Below, one piece after another: positions 22,063-32,000 of a DNA stretch of 32,000 nt. Source of the stretch: Mycoplasmoides pneumoniae FH (GTDB taxonomy: Bacteria; Bacillota_I; Bacilli_A; Mycoplasmatales; Mycoplasmoidaceae). The notes under the pieces were generated by a model. It saw only the letters and a program-made list of their open reading frames with translations, searched no databases and was not told the origin of the DNA. The translations under genes were made by a program, and so were the position numbers. Within the stretch, counting starts at the first letter, position 1, and the number at the start of each line of letters is the position of its first letter. The stretch covers positions 60,001 to 92,000 of the forward strand of contig NZ_CP010546.1 of assembly GCF_001272835.1 (NCBI RefSeq), read 5' to 3'.

Positions 22063-23716
22063 CGCATACTTGGAAGCTCAAAGGTGGCTAAGCCATCCGC
22101 GGGTAAAACCCAACTTAAAGGAGGTCATTACGGCTATGAGTGCTGAGGAAATCGAGCACTTCTTTAGCTTAAAGAAACCGAGTTTTGGCACTGCTGGGGT
22201 ACGGGGCAAAATGGCACCGGGGTACCATGGGATGAATGTGTTTTCCTATGCTTACTTAACCCAGGGTTATGTCAACTACATCCAGTCGTTAAACCCAACT
22301 AAAAAACCATTACGCTTTTTAGTAGCCAGAGACACTAGAAAACACGGGGCATTGTTTAATGGCATTGTGTGTGATGTGATTACCTCCATGGGTCATGTGG
22401 TCTATATGTTTGATAACAATGAACCAACACCAACACCATTAGTATCTTATGTGATTAAGAAGTACCACTTTGATGGTGGGGTGAATGTCACTGCTAGTCA
22501 TAATCCTAAAACCGATAATGGCTTTAAGATTTACGATGGTCATGGCGCGCAGTTACTAGACTTCCAAACTGATCAATTAATCGCAATGTTACCCCCAGTG
22601 GTAACAATGTTAGATTTCGAACCACGTGGTAACAACGAGCTGTTACACTTTTTGGATAACGAAGTGGTCTACAAAAACTACTTTGATGATCTTAAGGAAA
22701 GCCTAGTAGTGGACAACGACAGCTTTAAAAACCTCCCGGTGGTCTTTACCGGGTTACATGGTACTTCGGTGAAGTTGTTACCAAGGTTTTTAACCTATTT
22801 GGGTTACAGCAACATTATTAGTGTCCAACCACAAAACGTGTTTGACGCTAACTTTGCTAATGCTGACCACCTCAACCCCGAAAGTAAGGATACCTGAGAG
22901 TTAGCGCGACAGTATGCATCCAACACTAAGGCCAAGTTAATGATGGCAATTGATCCGGATGCTGATCGCTTTGCGATTGCCGAATGAAATCCGCAAACCC
23001 AAGACTGGCACTACTTCTCCGGGAACGAGTCAGGAGTTATGGTGGCTTACTATAAGCTCAAACACAAGCAGTTTAAGCGTCAACCTTACATTGTAACGAC
23101 GGTAGTCTCTACTGATCTAGTGGATAAGATTGCCAAGAAGTACGGGGCTTTTGTCAAGCGCACAAATGTCGGCTTTAAGTTTATTGGTCAAGCTGTTGAT
23201 CACTTCTCCAAAGACAATGAACTAGTAGTGGCCTTTGAAGAAGCGATTGGTATGATGGCTAGTGATGGTTTGAACCGCGAAAAGGATTCCTTTCAAGCAG
23301 CGGCCATCATGCTTGAAATTGCGCGCTACTGTCATAATAAAGGAATTAGCTTACTAGAGTTCTACCGTGGTGAGATCTTCGGTGAATTTGGTGATTACTA
23401 TAACTGAACGGTACCACACACCATTCACGGAGTTAACTGGAAGGAAAAAATGGAACAGGTATTACACCAGTTAACCACAGCTACCATTAAAGAGGTTGTG
23501 GGACACAAGATTACCAAGATTAAAAACTATGTCGACATTAACCTAGTCGAATATGTCTTGGAAAACGGTAACTGGATTAAGTTCCGCATTTCCGGTACAG
23601 AACCGAAGTTAAAGCTGTACTTTAACCTATCTAAAGGTTACTTAGCAGCTTTAAAACACGAAGCGAAAAAGATGCACGAGTTCCTAGTGCGATTGCTCAA
23701 CCTCGATAAAGCTTAG
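22052..23716 (+). CDS. manB: Phosphohexomutase/phosphopentomutase family protein (554 aa; annotated manB in mycoplasmas)
   Basis: FGTAGVRGKMAPGYHGMNV, GVNVTASHNPKTDNGFKIYDG active site, DPDADRFAIAEW, FEEAIG, RISGTEPKLKLY. Joined through TGA. Confidence 0.93.
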
Positions 23717-24646
23717 GTTTTCTAAAGGCAAGTTAATTAACTGCGTTTTGGTGGTTAATTCGACTTCCACTACCGCTTTGTTAATTGTTCCTTGGTATAG
23801 AGCCTTAATTTGACCTTGAATGTGAATCGCACCAGTTAAGTGGACTTCCACTAAGTTACCAACACTAAATTGTTGCAGTTGATCGACCTTAGTGTCACCT
23901 TCGACAATTTCGTATTTACCCAAGTAAGGAATTAACACTGATGGGTCAACCTTGTTAGCTTCACTTTTAACAATCGCTACATCCTCGTTTCATTCGTCTT
24001 GTTCGGCCTTATTAGCTTCCATTAGAGCTTGCGCAAACTGGTTAGTATCAATGATTTCACCAGATTCGTTAACTTGGGCAATTGCTTCGGGTTTAACTTG
24101 TTTGTGCTTGAGAATGTACTGAAACTTTTCGTCAAACTTGTCTGCATCCATTTCCACAATGGCAGTGTTGGTCACTAACACCCGCTTTTTCGGATTGACC
24201 GAAATACCCTTAAGCATTTGTTCGAGGTTATCAGCATCGGCTTGGTCTAAAGGAGTTGGTAACGCACCGCGACCAGAGGAACCAACAATTCCAGTAATAC
24301 CAGGGAAGTTACGGATAATGCGTCATGCATCTTCACTGTAGATCATCTTAATGTAGATGTAACGACCTAGTAAATTCTTCTCGCTAATCTTCACCTTTAA
24401 ATAACGGTCTTCATCTAACACAAATCACTTTGTAAAAGCGGTGTTCTTTAATGAACGGGGCAGCTTGCCGGATTTTAAGGAAAAGACTTCTTCGATGACT
24501 TCGCGTTCTTTCAAAACCCTTACATCTAAGATTTCGTTGTCAAATCCCAAAGCTTTTACCTTAGCTTTGAGGTTTCGCACAACTGCTTCATCCTTAACAC
24601 TTACAGGGGCAACGTATCATTGCGGGATTAATTCCACTTGTTCCAT
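23684..24646 (-). CDS. nusG: Transcription elongation/antitermination factor NusG, enlarged form (320 aa)
   Basis: MEQVELIPQWYVAPVSVKDEAVVRNLKAKVKAL...YIYIKMIYSEDAWRIIRNFPGITGIVGSSGRGALPTPL (NGN domain); C-terminal VEGDTKVDQLQQFSVGNLVEVH..; immediately downstream of secE. Three fragments joined through TGA. Confidence 0.9.
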
Positions 24647-24653
24647 AAACTAA

Positions 24654-25031
24654 TTATTTACCTTTAAAAACTCCAAGCGCAATAAAGAGGTGGTTAATGC
24701 CAAAGTAGATCCCTATCATAATGGCACTAACTAAAACAATTAACAAAAAGATCGTAATTAATTTCTTGCTTGTTACCCAGACAATCTTGTTAACCTCTTT
24801 GTCAATCCCAAACCACAGGTTCGAAAACTTCTTGGTAAAAGGCACCTTAACCTTTGGGGTTTGGTCCACTTTTTTATCTGTGTCTTTAGTTTTACTGTCT
24901 TGTTTCTCTTTGGCCTTCTTGGCTTCTATTTTGGCCTTTAGTTGACGGTGTAACTCGTGGATCTTCTCATCGTTGTAGGCGGTGAGTTTTTCCTTGTTCT
25001 TTAAACCAAAAGGGAGTTTCTTTTTTTCCAT
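24654..25031 (-). CDS. secE: Preprotein translocase subunit SecE (125 aa from the internal ATG)
   Basis: Charged N-terminus, conserved FSNLWFGIDKEVNKIVWVTSKKLITIFLLIVLVSAIMIGIYF; syntenic rpmG-secE-nusG order. The track start at 25082 (TTG) overlaps rpmG and is less likely. Confidence 0.88.
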   Translation of the reverse strand: MEKKKLPFGLKNKEKLTAYNDEKIHELHRQLKAKIEAKKAKEKQDSKTKDTDKKVDQTPKVKVPFTKKFSNLWFGIDKEVNKIVWVTSKKLITIFLLIVLVSAIMIGIYFGINHLFIALGVFKGK

Positions 25032-25036
25032 GAAGC

Positions 25037-25183
25037 TTAAAAGGAATCGAGGTGCTTGGTTTTTTGGTTGCAGTGCTTGCAATACTTATTAATTATAAGA
25101 CGATTAAGAACCTGCTTCGACCAAGACATTACATAGTTTCTACTTAAACAGTCTTGGCAAACAAAGATAATCTTCTTGCGCAC
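25037..25183 (-). CDS. rpmG: Ribosomal protein bL33 (48 aa)
   Basis: GTG start; MRKKIIFVCQDCLSRNYVMSWSKQVLNRLIINKYCKHCNQKTKHLDSF with paired CxxC zinc ribbon; classic rpmG-secE-nusG cluster. Below the track size cutoff. Confidence 0.85.
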   Translation of the reverse strand: MRKKIIFVCQDCLSRNYVMSWSKQVLNRLIINKYCKHCNQKTKHLDSF

Positions 25184-25198
25184 GTGGAGTTGGGTCAA

Positions 25199-25582
25199 TT
25201 ATATATTATCGGTTTGGGTTACCAATTTAATCTTATGGTAACAGTAAAGTTGGAGCAAACCAAAGGGCAGAAAACGTGATCATTTCAAGGCTTTAGCAAA
25301 CTTTTGCTCGACGTTTTCGGCAACCTCGTTAATAATGTTGGCTGCCATATTGGACATAACTAATTGGGCCACCATTAAAAGGATTTCTAACACCCCTAAA
25401 ACAATTAAGACTGTGTTGAGGTTCCGAAAAATCGGATCACGACGTGGTGCACTCAATGAAGTTCTGTTAATGAGGTCATACATAATGCCAATGCCAATTA
25501 GGGAGATAGTGCACACAAAGAAGAAGATGCACACCAGCATCGTTAGTTCATTGAGCAGATTGAGCTTCTTAATCACTTTCAT
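25199..25582 (-). CDS. Small membrane protein, ~2 TM segments (127 aa), unknown function
   Basis: [42 protein letters not shown]...[50 protein letters not shown]..; extended through TGA to TAA 25199-25201. Confidence 0.75.
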
Positions 25583-26399
25583 GGAATAAGGTGTAGAGCT
25601 TATTTGATTTTAATTGCAATCGTTTAGCTAAATAATGACAAGCATCCTTAACCTTAACGCCCATTTGGACTAATTGGGTAATTTCTTGTTTTAAGAGTTG
25701 GTCGGAATATTGCCCCACCGGTTGGGTGTGGTGGTTGTTAATCACAATCACAAACTCGCCCTTTAGAGTAATGTCTGGCAGCGGTGCACTTGTATTAAAC
25801 CAGTAGTGGCTTTCGTGGAGCTTGGTCAGTTCCCGCCCTACAAAAACTTCAGTATTACTAAACACCGTTTGGATTACTTCCAGTGTTTGTTGTAAACGGT
25901 GTACCGCTTCAAATAAAACAATGGTGCCTTGGAAGTTTTGGTAGTGTTTGAGTGTTTGGGTTATTTGAGTGGGTTTGTGGTCCAAGAAGCCCAAGAACAG
26001 TAGTGGACTTTCGGGGAAGCCACTGGTTACCAAACCACAAACCAGCGCACTAGGACCATTAATTACTTCTATTGCGATTTGGGGTAGTTGCGTTCTGACA
26101 TACTCCACCAATATGTGCCCGGGATCGGATACTGAGGGATAACCCGCATCACTGACCAAACCACAGTGATACTGGTGGATTAAGTTAGCTACCTTACTTA
26201 AGTTTTGCTTTTCCTTAAACTCGTTGTTAATAATGAACTGTTTATTTGAAAAGTCAATGCCGAGTAAGCCCAAGAGTTTTTTGGTTACTCTGGTGTCCTC
26301 ACAAAAGAGCACTTCACACTTGGTTAAAGCCGCTTTAACTCGCGGACTAACTTCCTCAATGTTGCCAATGGGGGTGGCAATTACTTTAAGAGCTGGCAT
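25569..26399 (-). CDS. rsmI: 16S rRNA 2'-O-ribose C1402 methyltransferase RsmI (276 aa)
   Basis: [77 protein letters not shown]. Confidence 0.95.
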
Positions 26400-26917
26400 A
26401 CTTGGTCAAAGGTAAGTTGGAGTAAATTAAGTTTGCGAAAGAGCTGCTTGTGGTTAAAGTAGCTTAAGTGTAGTTTGTTACACAACGCTAACCGTTTACT
26501 TTTACTGTTGAGGTTTAATTCCAAATATTGTTCCCAGCTTAAAGTGGGTTGGGTTGTTTTAGTGAACACCTGACGTTGTTGTAACGCTTGGATTAAAGCT
26601 GCATCAGTTGCTTCCGCTACCCCAATTTTAGTGCTGTTGGGTTTCATGTCTTTCCGAGCTATAAAACAACTTTCATACTTGTCTAAGTGTTGTTCTAACT
26701 GCCGGCGAATTTTCTGACCAGCAACATCGGGGTCCAAGAAGAGGATCACCGGTTGTTTTTTAGCTACAGCCTTAATCAGGTTAATGGTTCTTTGGTTTAA
26801 AGCTGAACCGTTCGTGGTAATAACACTAACATCAAACAGCTGTTGTAAGCGAGCTTGGTCAGTTTTGCCCTCACACACTATCACCCCATCTAGTTTTAGA
26901 CGTGTTTTTTTATCCAT
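26381..26917 (-). CDS. rnmV: Ribonuclease M5 / TOPRIM-domain 5S rRNA maturation nuclease (178 aa)
   Basis: LDGVIVCEGKTDQARLQQLFDVSVITTNGSALNQRTINLIKAVAKKQPVILFLDPDVAGQKIRRQLEQHL: TOPRIM motifs. Confidence 0.88.
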   Translation of the reverse strand: MDKKTRLKLDGVIVCEGKTDQARLQQLFDVSVITTNGSALNQRTINLIKAVAKKQPVILFLDPDVAGQKIRRQLEQHLDKYESCFIARKDMKPNSTKIGVAEATDAALIQALQQRQVFTKTTQPTLSWEQYLELNLNSKSKRLALCNKLHLSYFNHKQLFRKLNLLQLTFDQVCQLLK

Positions 26918-27882
26918 TCAATGTGGCGCGTATAAATGGCAGAAATGGAAGAGTTATTAGCGTAACACAATAACACCTCTTCAAATAACGGTGCTAGATC
27001 AATTACCTGAAACTGGGGACACTGGTTAAACTTAGTTTGAGGAATGGAGTTGGAGACAAACAAATAGTCCACTAAGCCTTCGTTAAAGGCCTTTTGGAAG
27101 CGTTGCGGTGCTTCACCGTTAAACAAACCATGGGTGGCCATGACACAGACCTTTTTGGCATGGTGTTCCCGGAGTAGTTTAGCTGCTGCTATTACCGTAC
27201 CACCGGTGTCAATCATGTCGTCCACTATTAGACAGTTTTTGTTCGCTACTTCACCCAAGACATTAATTGATTCCGCTACATTGTGGGCTGGGCGACGCTT
27301 GTCAATAATCGCTAGCGGTAGTTCCAAAGATGTTGCAATTAACCTTGCCCGCTTTACACCGCCATAATCGGGGGACACCACCACAAGGTCTTTTTTACCT
27401 AACAGCTCTACAGTGCGGGTTAAAAAGACGTGGTAGGTTTGCAATGTATCCACGGGTATATTAAAGAAACCCTGGGTTTGGTCGCTGTGGATGTCGGTTA
27501 AAGCTACGCGGCTCACCCCAGCCGTGGTTAACAAATCCGCTACTAATTTACTAGTTATCGGTTCGCGTCCCATTGTTTTGCGATCTTGCCGTGCATAACC
27601 ATAGTACGGCAAAATGGCGGTAATACTTTTTGCACTACCCCGTTTTAAGGCATCAATTGCTATTAACAATTCCATTAAGGAATCGTTGACTGGCGCACAG
27701 GTAGACTGAAAGATAAAAACATCCTTATTGCGCACAGACTCCTCAAAGCGGATGTAGGTCTCCCCATCAGCAAACTCATTATGGGTAATTAACCCCATGG
27801 GCATTTTGAGTTTCTGACAAATACGACTAACTAAGTCGTGGGTTTTCGATAAGCTAAAAACAACGTGGTTATGGCGATCCAT
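26896..27882 (-). CDS. prs: Ribose-phosphate pyrophosphokinase (328 aa)
   Basis: MDRHNHVVFSLSKTHDLVSRICQKLKMPMG, FADGETYIRFEESVR, ILPYYGYARQDRK, LTDIHSDQTQGFF, VVSPDYGGVKRAR, CLIVDDMIDTGGTV. Track start 28062 lies inside smpB, so internal ATG 27882 chosen. Confidence 0.96.
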   Translation of the reverse strand: MDRHNHVVFSLSKTHDLVSRICQKLKMPMGLITHNEFADGETYIRFEESVRNKDVFIFQSTCAPVNDSLMELLIAIDALKRGSAKSITAILPYYGYARQDRKTMGREPITSKLVADLLTTAGVSRVALTDIHSDQTQGFFNIPVDTLQTYHVFLTRTVELLGKKDLVVVSPDYGGVKRARLIATSLELPLAIIDKRRPAHNVAESINVLGEVANKNCLIVDDMIDTGGTVIAAAKLLREHHAKKVCVMATHGLFNGEAPQRFQKAFNEGLVDYLFVSNSIPQTKFNQCPQFQVIDLAPLFEEVLLCYANNSSISAIYTRHIEWIKKHV

Positions 27883-28312
27883 ATTGTTGGCGCAATTCGC
27901 GCTGGATCGTTTTACTTTTGATGGCTTCACGTTTATCAAATTTTTTCTTAGGTTTGGCCAACCAGATTTCCATTTTAATTTTGCCATTTTTAAAGAACAC
28001 TTTAAGTGGAATAATGGAAAGTCCTTCTTGCTTTTGGCGTGCCGTAATTTGTTTAATCTCATTCCGGTTTAAAAGGAGCTTTTTCACCCGTTTGAAGGGG
28101 TGGTTGAACTCGCCTGAAAAGGCATAGGGCGAAATGCTAAAATCTTTAATATAGACCTCGTGCTTGTCAATAAAAACATAGGCTTCCTTTAAGCTACCTT
28201 GCCCTAAAGCTAGCGATTTGACTTCACTACCTTTTAAGACTAAGCCAGCACAATAACCCGTTAAAAGGTAATAGTCATATTGCGCTCTGGGATTGTTGAC
28301 AAGTACTCGCAT
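27869..28312 (-). CDS. smpB: SsrA-binding protein SmpB (147 aa)
   Basis: NNPRAQYDYYLLTGYCAGLVLKGSEVKSLALGQGSLKEAYVFIDKHEVYIKDFSISPY..RVKKLLLNRNEI. Confidence 0.97.
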   Translation of the reverse strand: MRVLVNNPRAQYDYYLLTGYCAGLVLKGSEVKSLALGQGSLKEAYVFIDKHEVYIKDFSISPYAFSGEFNHPFKRVKKLLLNRNEIKQITARQKQEGLSIIPLKVFFKNGKIKMEIWLAKPKKKFDKREAIKSKTIQRELRQQYGSP

Positions 28313-28318
28313 CTGTAG

Positions 28319-29218
28319 ATGAAAATCTCTGTTATTATCTCCACTTACAACTGTGGTGCTTTAATTGTGAAAGCACTATGTTCATTAGTGTCAAACCAAA
28401 CACCAGCATGTGAGTTAGAAGTGCTTGTGATTGATGATGGATCCATTGATAATACTAGGCAAATTATCAAAAAATTTCAAGCAAAAGTTAGCTTTACTTT
28501 AAAGTACTTTTACAAAAAAAACGGAAATTGGGGTAGTGTAATTAACTATGTCAAGGAAAACCGTTTGGCCAACGGCGATTGGGTTACTGTTTTAGACAGT
28601 GATGATACCTTAAAACCTAATACACTCAACAAGTTGGCTAATTTAGTGGAAAAAGCGGATTATGACTTAGTAGTTTTTGACTACACTAAGTGCTGAAAAA
28701 AGATTAAACTGAAAATCCACACTTACCCGACTTGGTGAAAAAACATGACCCGGGAACTACAAAAGCAAACACCGTTTTGTATTCCTCTAGGTAAGTTTTT
28801 GAAACGCAACCTGTTTTACAAGTTGCCCAAGCTCAAAGAAAAGGTGAGTTTTCAGGATGCCTTGTATACGGCTAGTAGTTTAAAGCTCGCTAAAAAAGTG
28901 CGTCATGTTAATCAGTCTGGTGGCAACTACCACTTTAAGCGTGCTGGTAATTCAATGAGTATTCCCTGAAACATTAAGCGCTTTAGTGCTGAATTGGACA
29001 TTTGTAAAGACTTAATTCGTTTAAATGCTCAGGAAATTGCCCTAGTGCACTTATTGCGACAACAGTTTCGGGTGCAACTTAAAGAAAAGCAGATACAACT
29101 AGCGGTTACCCGTGACTTTAACTTTAGTGGGTTCTCTTGGTACACCCGCTGCTTTTTATGGATGGTATACCAAACGATGTTAAAGCGCTACTTTTACTTA
29201 CAAACAACTAAACAATAA
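28319..29218 (+). CDS. GT2-family glycosyltransferase (299 aa)
   Basis: MKISVIISTYNCGALIVKALCSLVSNQTPACELEVLVIDDGSIDNT ... GDWVTVLDSDDTLKPNTLNKL: GT-A fold DxD-like motifs. Three ORFs joined through TGA. Confidence 0.9.
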
Positions 29219-29256
29219 AAAAGGCTGTGCAGCCAAACCACACAACCCTTTTTATT
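29214..29256. terminator. Possible bidirectional terminator between convergent glycosyltransferase and MFS gene
   Basis: aataaaaaaGGcTGTG .. CACAcaaCCtttttatt imperfect hairpin with A-run on the left and T-run on the right. Confidence 0.5.
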
Positions 29257-29269
29257 TTCTTTACTTTAA

Positions 29270-31006
29270 CTATTTCAACAAGTCCGCGTAACGGTTCTTT
29301 TCCTTACTTGCCACCAAGAACTGTCACTGGTTTAACTTCCACTTTTTGGTCATTTCACTTACCAGTTCATCGCCATTCTTAAGATACGAAGATGGCAGTG
29401 TTACCACAATCGCAATGGCTGCTAACAACAAACCAGCAAACAGCGCCACACCAGCAATTGCCCCTGGGAGGATGCTTACTCCTTTCATTCCAGGGTTTGC
29501 TAGTTTCGGTGCTTCTAAGAACATTGAGTTAGTAATGTCAAAGGCGGTGTAGATCACATAACCAAAGCCCCAGATGTAACCAAACAACACGGACACTTCA
29601 CTACGCTTGTACTCTTTGAATTCGTGCGGGAGGATCAAAATGGTACTTTGCATACTCCAAGCAAACGAACCACCAATAAAGGTTGCAATCGCCACAAAGG
29701 CAAAGCCAACAGCAGTACCCACACCTAGAGTGGCTGCAAACAATACGATTACAATCACCATTAAGGCATTCATGAAGAACATGAAGCTCAATCAACGCTT
29801 GCGATCGTAAACCGTTTTGTTAAATGGTGAAAACACCATGTAACCCATACCATAACCTAATACCCAGAGGATTGCTAAGGTTGGGAGACCGGCAAAGTAA
29901 CCACCAGCACCCTCTAGTGGTTTTAATGTTTTAACACCATCTTTAACATTAAACGAACTCGCTGGACTCACTGCTTGGAGAATGTTTCATCAACCACCAG
30001 TAAGTGGGTTTACTAACACCACCAAACAGATGCCATACATCCCGATCATCTTTCAGGTCGCTTTTCGCTTTAAGATATCACCAGCACTTGGTTGGTTACC
30101 CAACTGCATTTGTTCCTTGGTTTGCTTTTGGGGCATAAACGGATCCATTTGCTTTTCAAACCAAGCAAACACACAGAGAATGCCAAAACCAATCAAGATT
30201 AAAGCAGTTAGGATAAAGACCCAGTACTTAGTACCAGCTTGTTGAACAGATTGGAATAAGAACGGTACAAAAGCAACTACAATCCCACTGTTAAAGCCCC
30301 AGAGGTTCGCGTTGGATAACACTGACTTACGACGTTGCGTTGAAAGTGAAGCAATTAACGGTTGGGAGTAAGTTACTAAAGTTGTACCACCAATAGCAAT
30401 CGTGGAACGGAAAATAATAAACAACGCATAACCAGCAATTGATGAACTGGTACCAATTAAATTTTTATCTAAACCTTGAACTAAATCAATAGTTTGACCA
30501 TCTGCTAACATGGTCTTGCCTTCTGCCATAACAGGCCCCAACAATTGACCTTCATGTAATTGCGAAGATAGACTAGAAAGTTTACCCATTACTTCCTTTG
30601 AAAGTGGTCGCAATAAAGTTAACTGGTTATTTCCCCCTAATGGATCACCAATAATTAAGAAGGGGAAACAGAGACACATTAGCCCCATCATAATCATGAC
30701 CGCATAACGGTAACCAAACTTCAGGACCACTATTCCACACAATACGGATCCGACTGCACGTAGCAGGGTAATACTCCAGTTGGTGGCACTACCAGCAATT
30801 GATCCAGCACTGTTAGCAAAGAAGGAATTGACCCAACCATCATAGTTAGGTAAAACCTTAGTATTGCTATCTAAAATACCAGCTGGCTTACCAGCAATTC
30901 GGTCAATTACAAATCACTCTACGACAAACAACAAATAACCAAGCAAGACAATTGCCCACAACATGACAAGGCGTAAATCACTCGGCTTTTTTACAGACGT
31001 TTGCAC
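29270..31006 (-). CDS. Major facilitator superfamily transporter (578 aa), MG061-like
   Basis: GTG start preceded by ggag; many TM segments; contains GYRYAVMIMMGLMCLCFPFLII, SNANLWGFNSGIVVAFVPFLFQSV, C-terminus KEKNRYADLLK. Joined through TGA. Confidence 0.8.
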
Positions 31007-31169
31007 AATCTCAACGACTCCTTAGTTAATTTATTTTTAAATTGTTTCAAGTCGACTTTTGTCTCTTATCTAAAAACAAGCTAGTTTTTTAGGCTTATCT
31101 TTGTTAACAAAATAAAAGACCAGAGCCGTTTGGCCCTGGACTTTTATTCCTTTTAGCGGTTTATCTAAG

Positions 31170-32000
31170 TTATTTTAAGAGATCCGCGTAACGGTTTTTA
31201 GCTTTATTCGCAATCACAAACTGTCACTGCGTTATTCTCCACTTCTTTGTCATTTCACTTACACATTCATCACCGTTTTTAATTCAGGATGATGGGAGGT
31301 AAATAATGACCCAGTTAATAACTAGAAGGAGTGATACAAACAAGACAATAGCGGCAATGGCACCTGGCAGAATATTGGCACTTGTATTACCAGTAGCAAT
31401 TCTTGGTGCATCTAAAAAGACAGACGTAATAATGTCAAAGATGCTGTAGAAGACGTAAGCAAAGCCTCACACATAACCAAAGATAATAGAAACTTCGTTG
31501 CGCTTGTATTCCTTGTACTCGTAAGGGAGAATCAAGATCGAGCTACCTAAACTTCAACCAAAACCACCAGCAATAAAGGTAAAGATACCCACAAACGTAA
31601 AGCCAACCACAGTATTTAAACCAAGCGTTGCAGCAAAGATTACTATTAACAACACCAACACGGCGTTGGCCGTAAAGATAAAGTGGAGCCAACGCTTCTT
31701 GTCATAAATTGTTTTGTTAAACGGTGACAGTAAGAAGTAACCCAAGAGGTAACCCATTACCCAGAGAATTAATAAGATTGGACGGGCAGTTGGAATAATT
31801 GCTTTTTTAGCACCTGAAATAGCTAACAAGCTGTTAAACCAGGTTTGGGTTAACGGGTTAATTAAGAGAATTGTACCTACACCAGCTATTGCCAACAGCT
31901 TCCAAGTTGTTTTGCGTTTCAAAATTGATAACGCACTTGGTCTCACACTCAAGCTTTGATTGGTTTTTGATTGCTTTTGGGGCAACATGTGATCGACCTT
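31170..32000 (-). CDS. Second MFS transporter paralog, C-terminal part; N-terminus outside window
   Basis: Same C-terminal half as the neighbour (MLPQKQSKTNQ..LSILKRKTTWKLLAIAGVG; ATLGLNTVVGFTFVGIFTF; ..KNRYADLLK*). Open at the window edge. Confidence 0.8.

Noticed and set aside
25032-25082. TTG start extension of secE
   Set aside because: It lies on top of the rpmG coding sequence; the internal ATG 25031 gives MEKKKLPFG... and a normal arrangement.
26896-28062. Track start of prs at 28062 (388 aa)
   Set aside because: The first 60 residues (MRLNKLRHAKSKKDF...) are smpB sequence read in another frame; homologous Prs begins at MDRHNHVVFS, ATG 27882.

Overview
This 32 kb window is a low-GC mollicute chromosome segment that reads UGA as Trp (genetic code 4). 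Gene content and order match Mycoplasma pneumoniae around MPN_048-MPN_077; that assignment comes from recalled gene order, not a database search. The supplied ORF track uses the standard code, so most real genes appear as 2-5 fragments. I rejoined them through in-frame TGA. Reconstructed content: tail of an MG032/MG096/MG288-like family protein; glpK and glpO/glpD (minus); a large BMP/PnrA-like lipoprotein; ptsH; a decayed block (7.15-10.3 kb) with two degraded genes inside unusual T-rich periodic DNA; a tightly packed plus-strand run potA-potB-potC-potD-like-tsaD-metK plus a small membrane-protein ORF; ffh (minus); deoD-deoC-deoA-cdd-manB (plus); then a minus-strand cluster smpB-prs-rnmV-rsmI-small membrane protein-rpmG-secE-nusG; a glycosyltransferase (plus); and two tandem MFS transporter paralogs (minus). 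I found no convincing novel defence system, CRISPR, tRNA or rRNA. The best candidates for undescribed biology are: (1) two blocks of degenerate tandem repeat with a ~22-23 bp period (phased T-tract/A-tract DNA) flanking a frameshifted lipoprotein gene; (2) a ~200-residue coiled-coil insertion inside the PotA ATPase; (3) an unannotated-looking proline-rich, apparently tail-anchored ORF overlapping the metK 3' end; (4) an enlarged NusG with extra sequence between the NGN and KOW regions, whose gene ends antisense inside manB; (5) divergent start codons separated by only 6 bp at smpB/glycosyltransferase.
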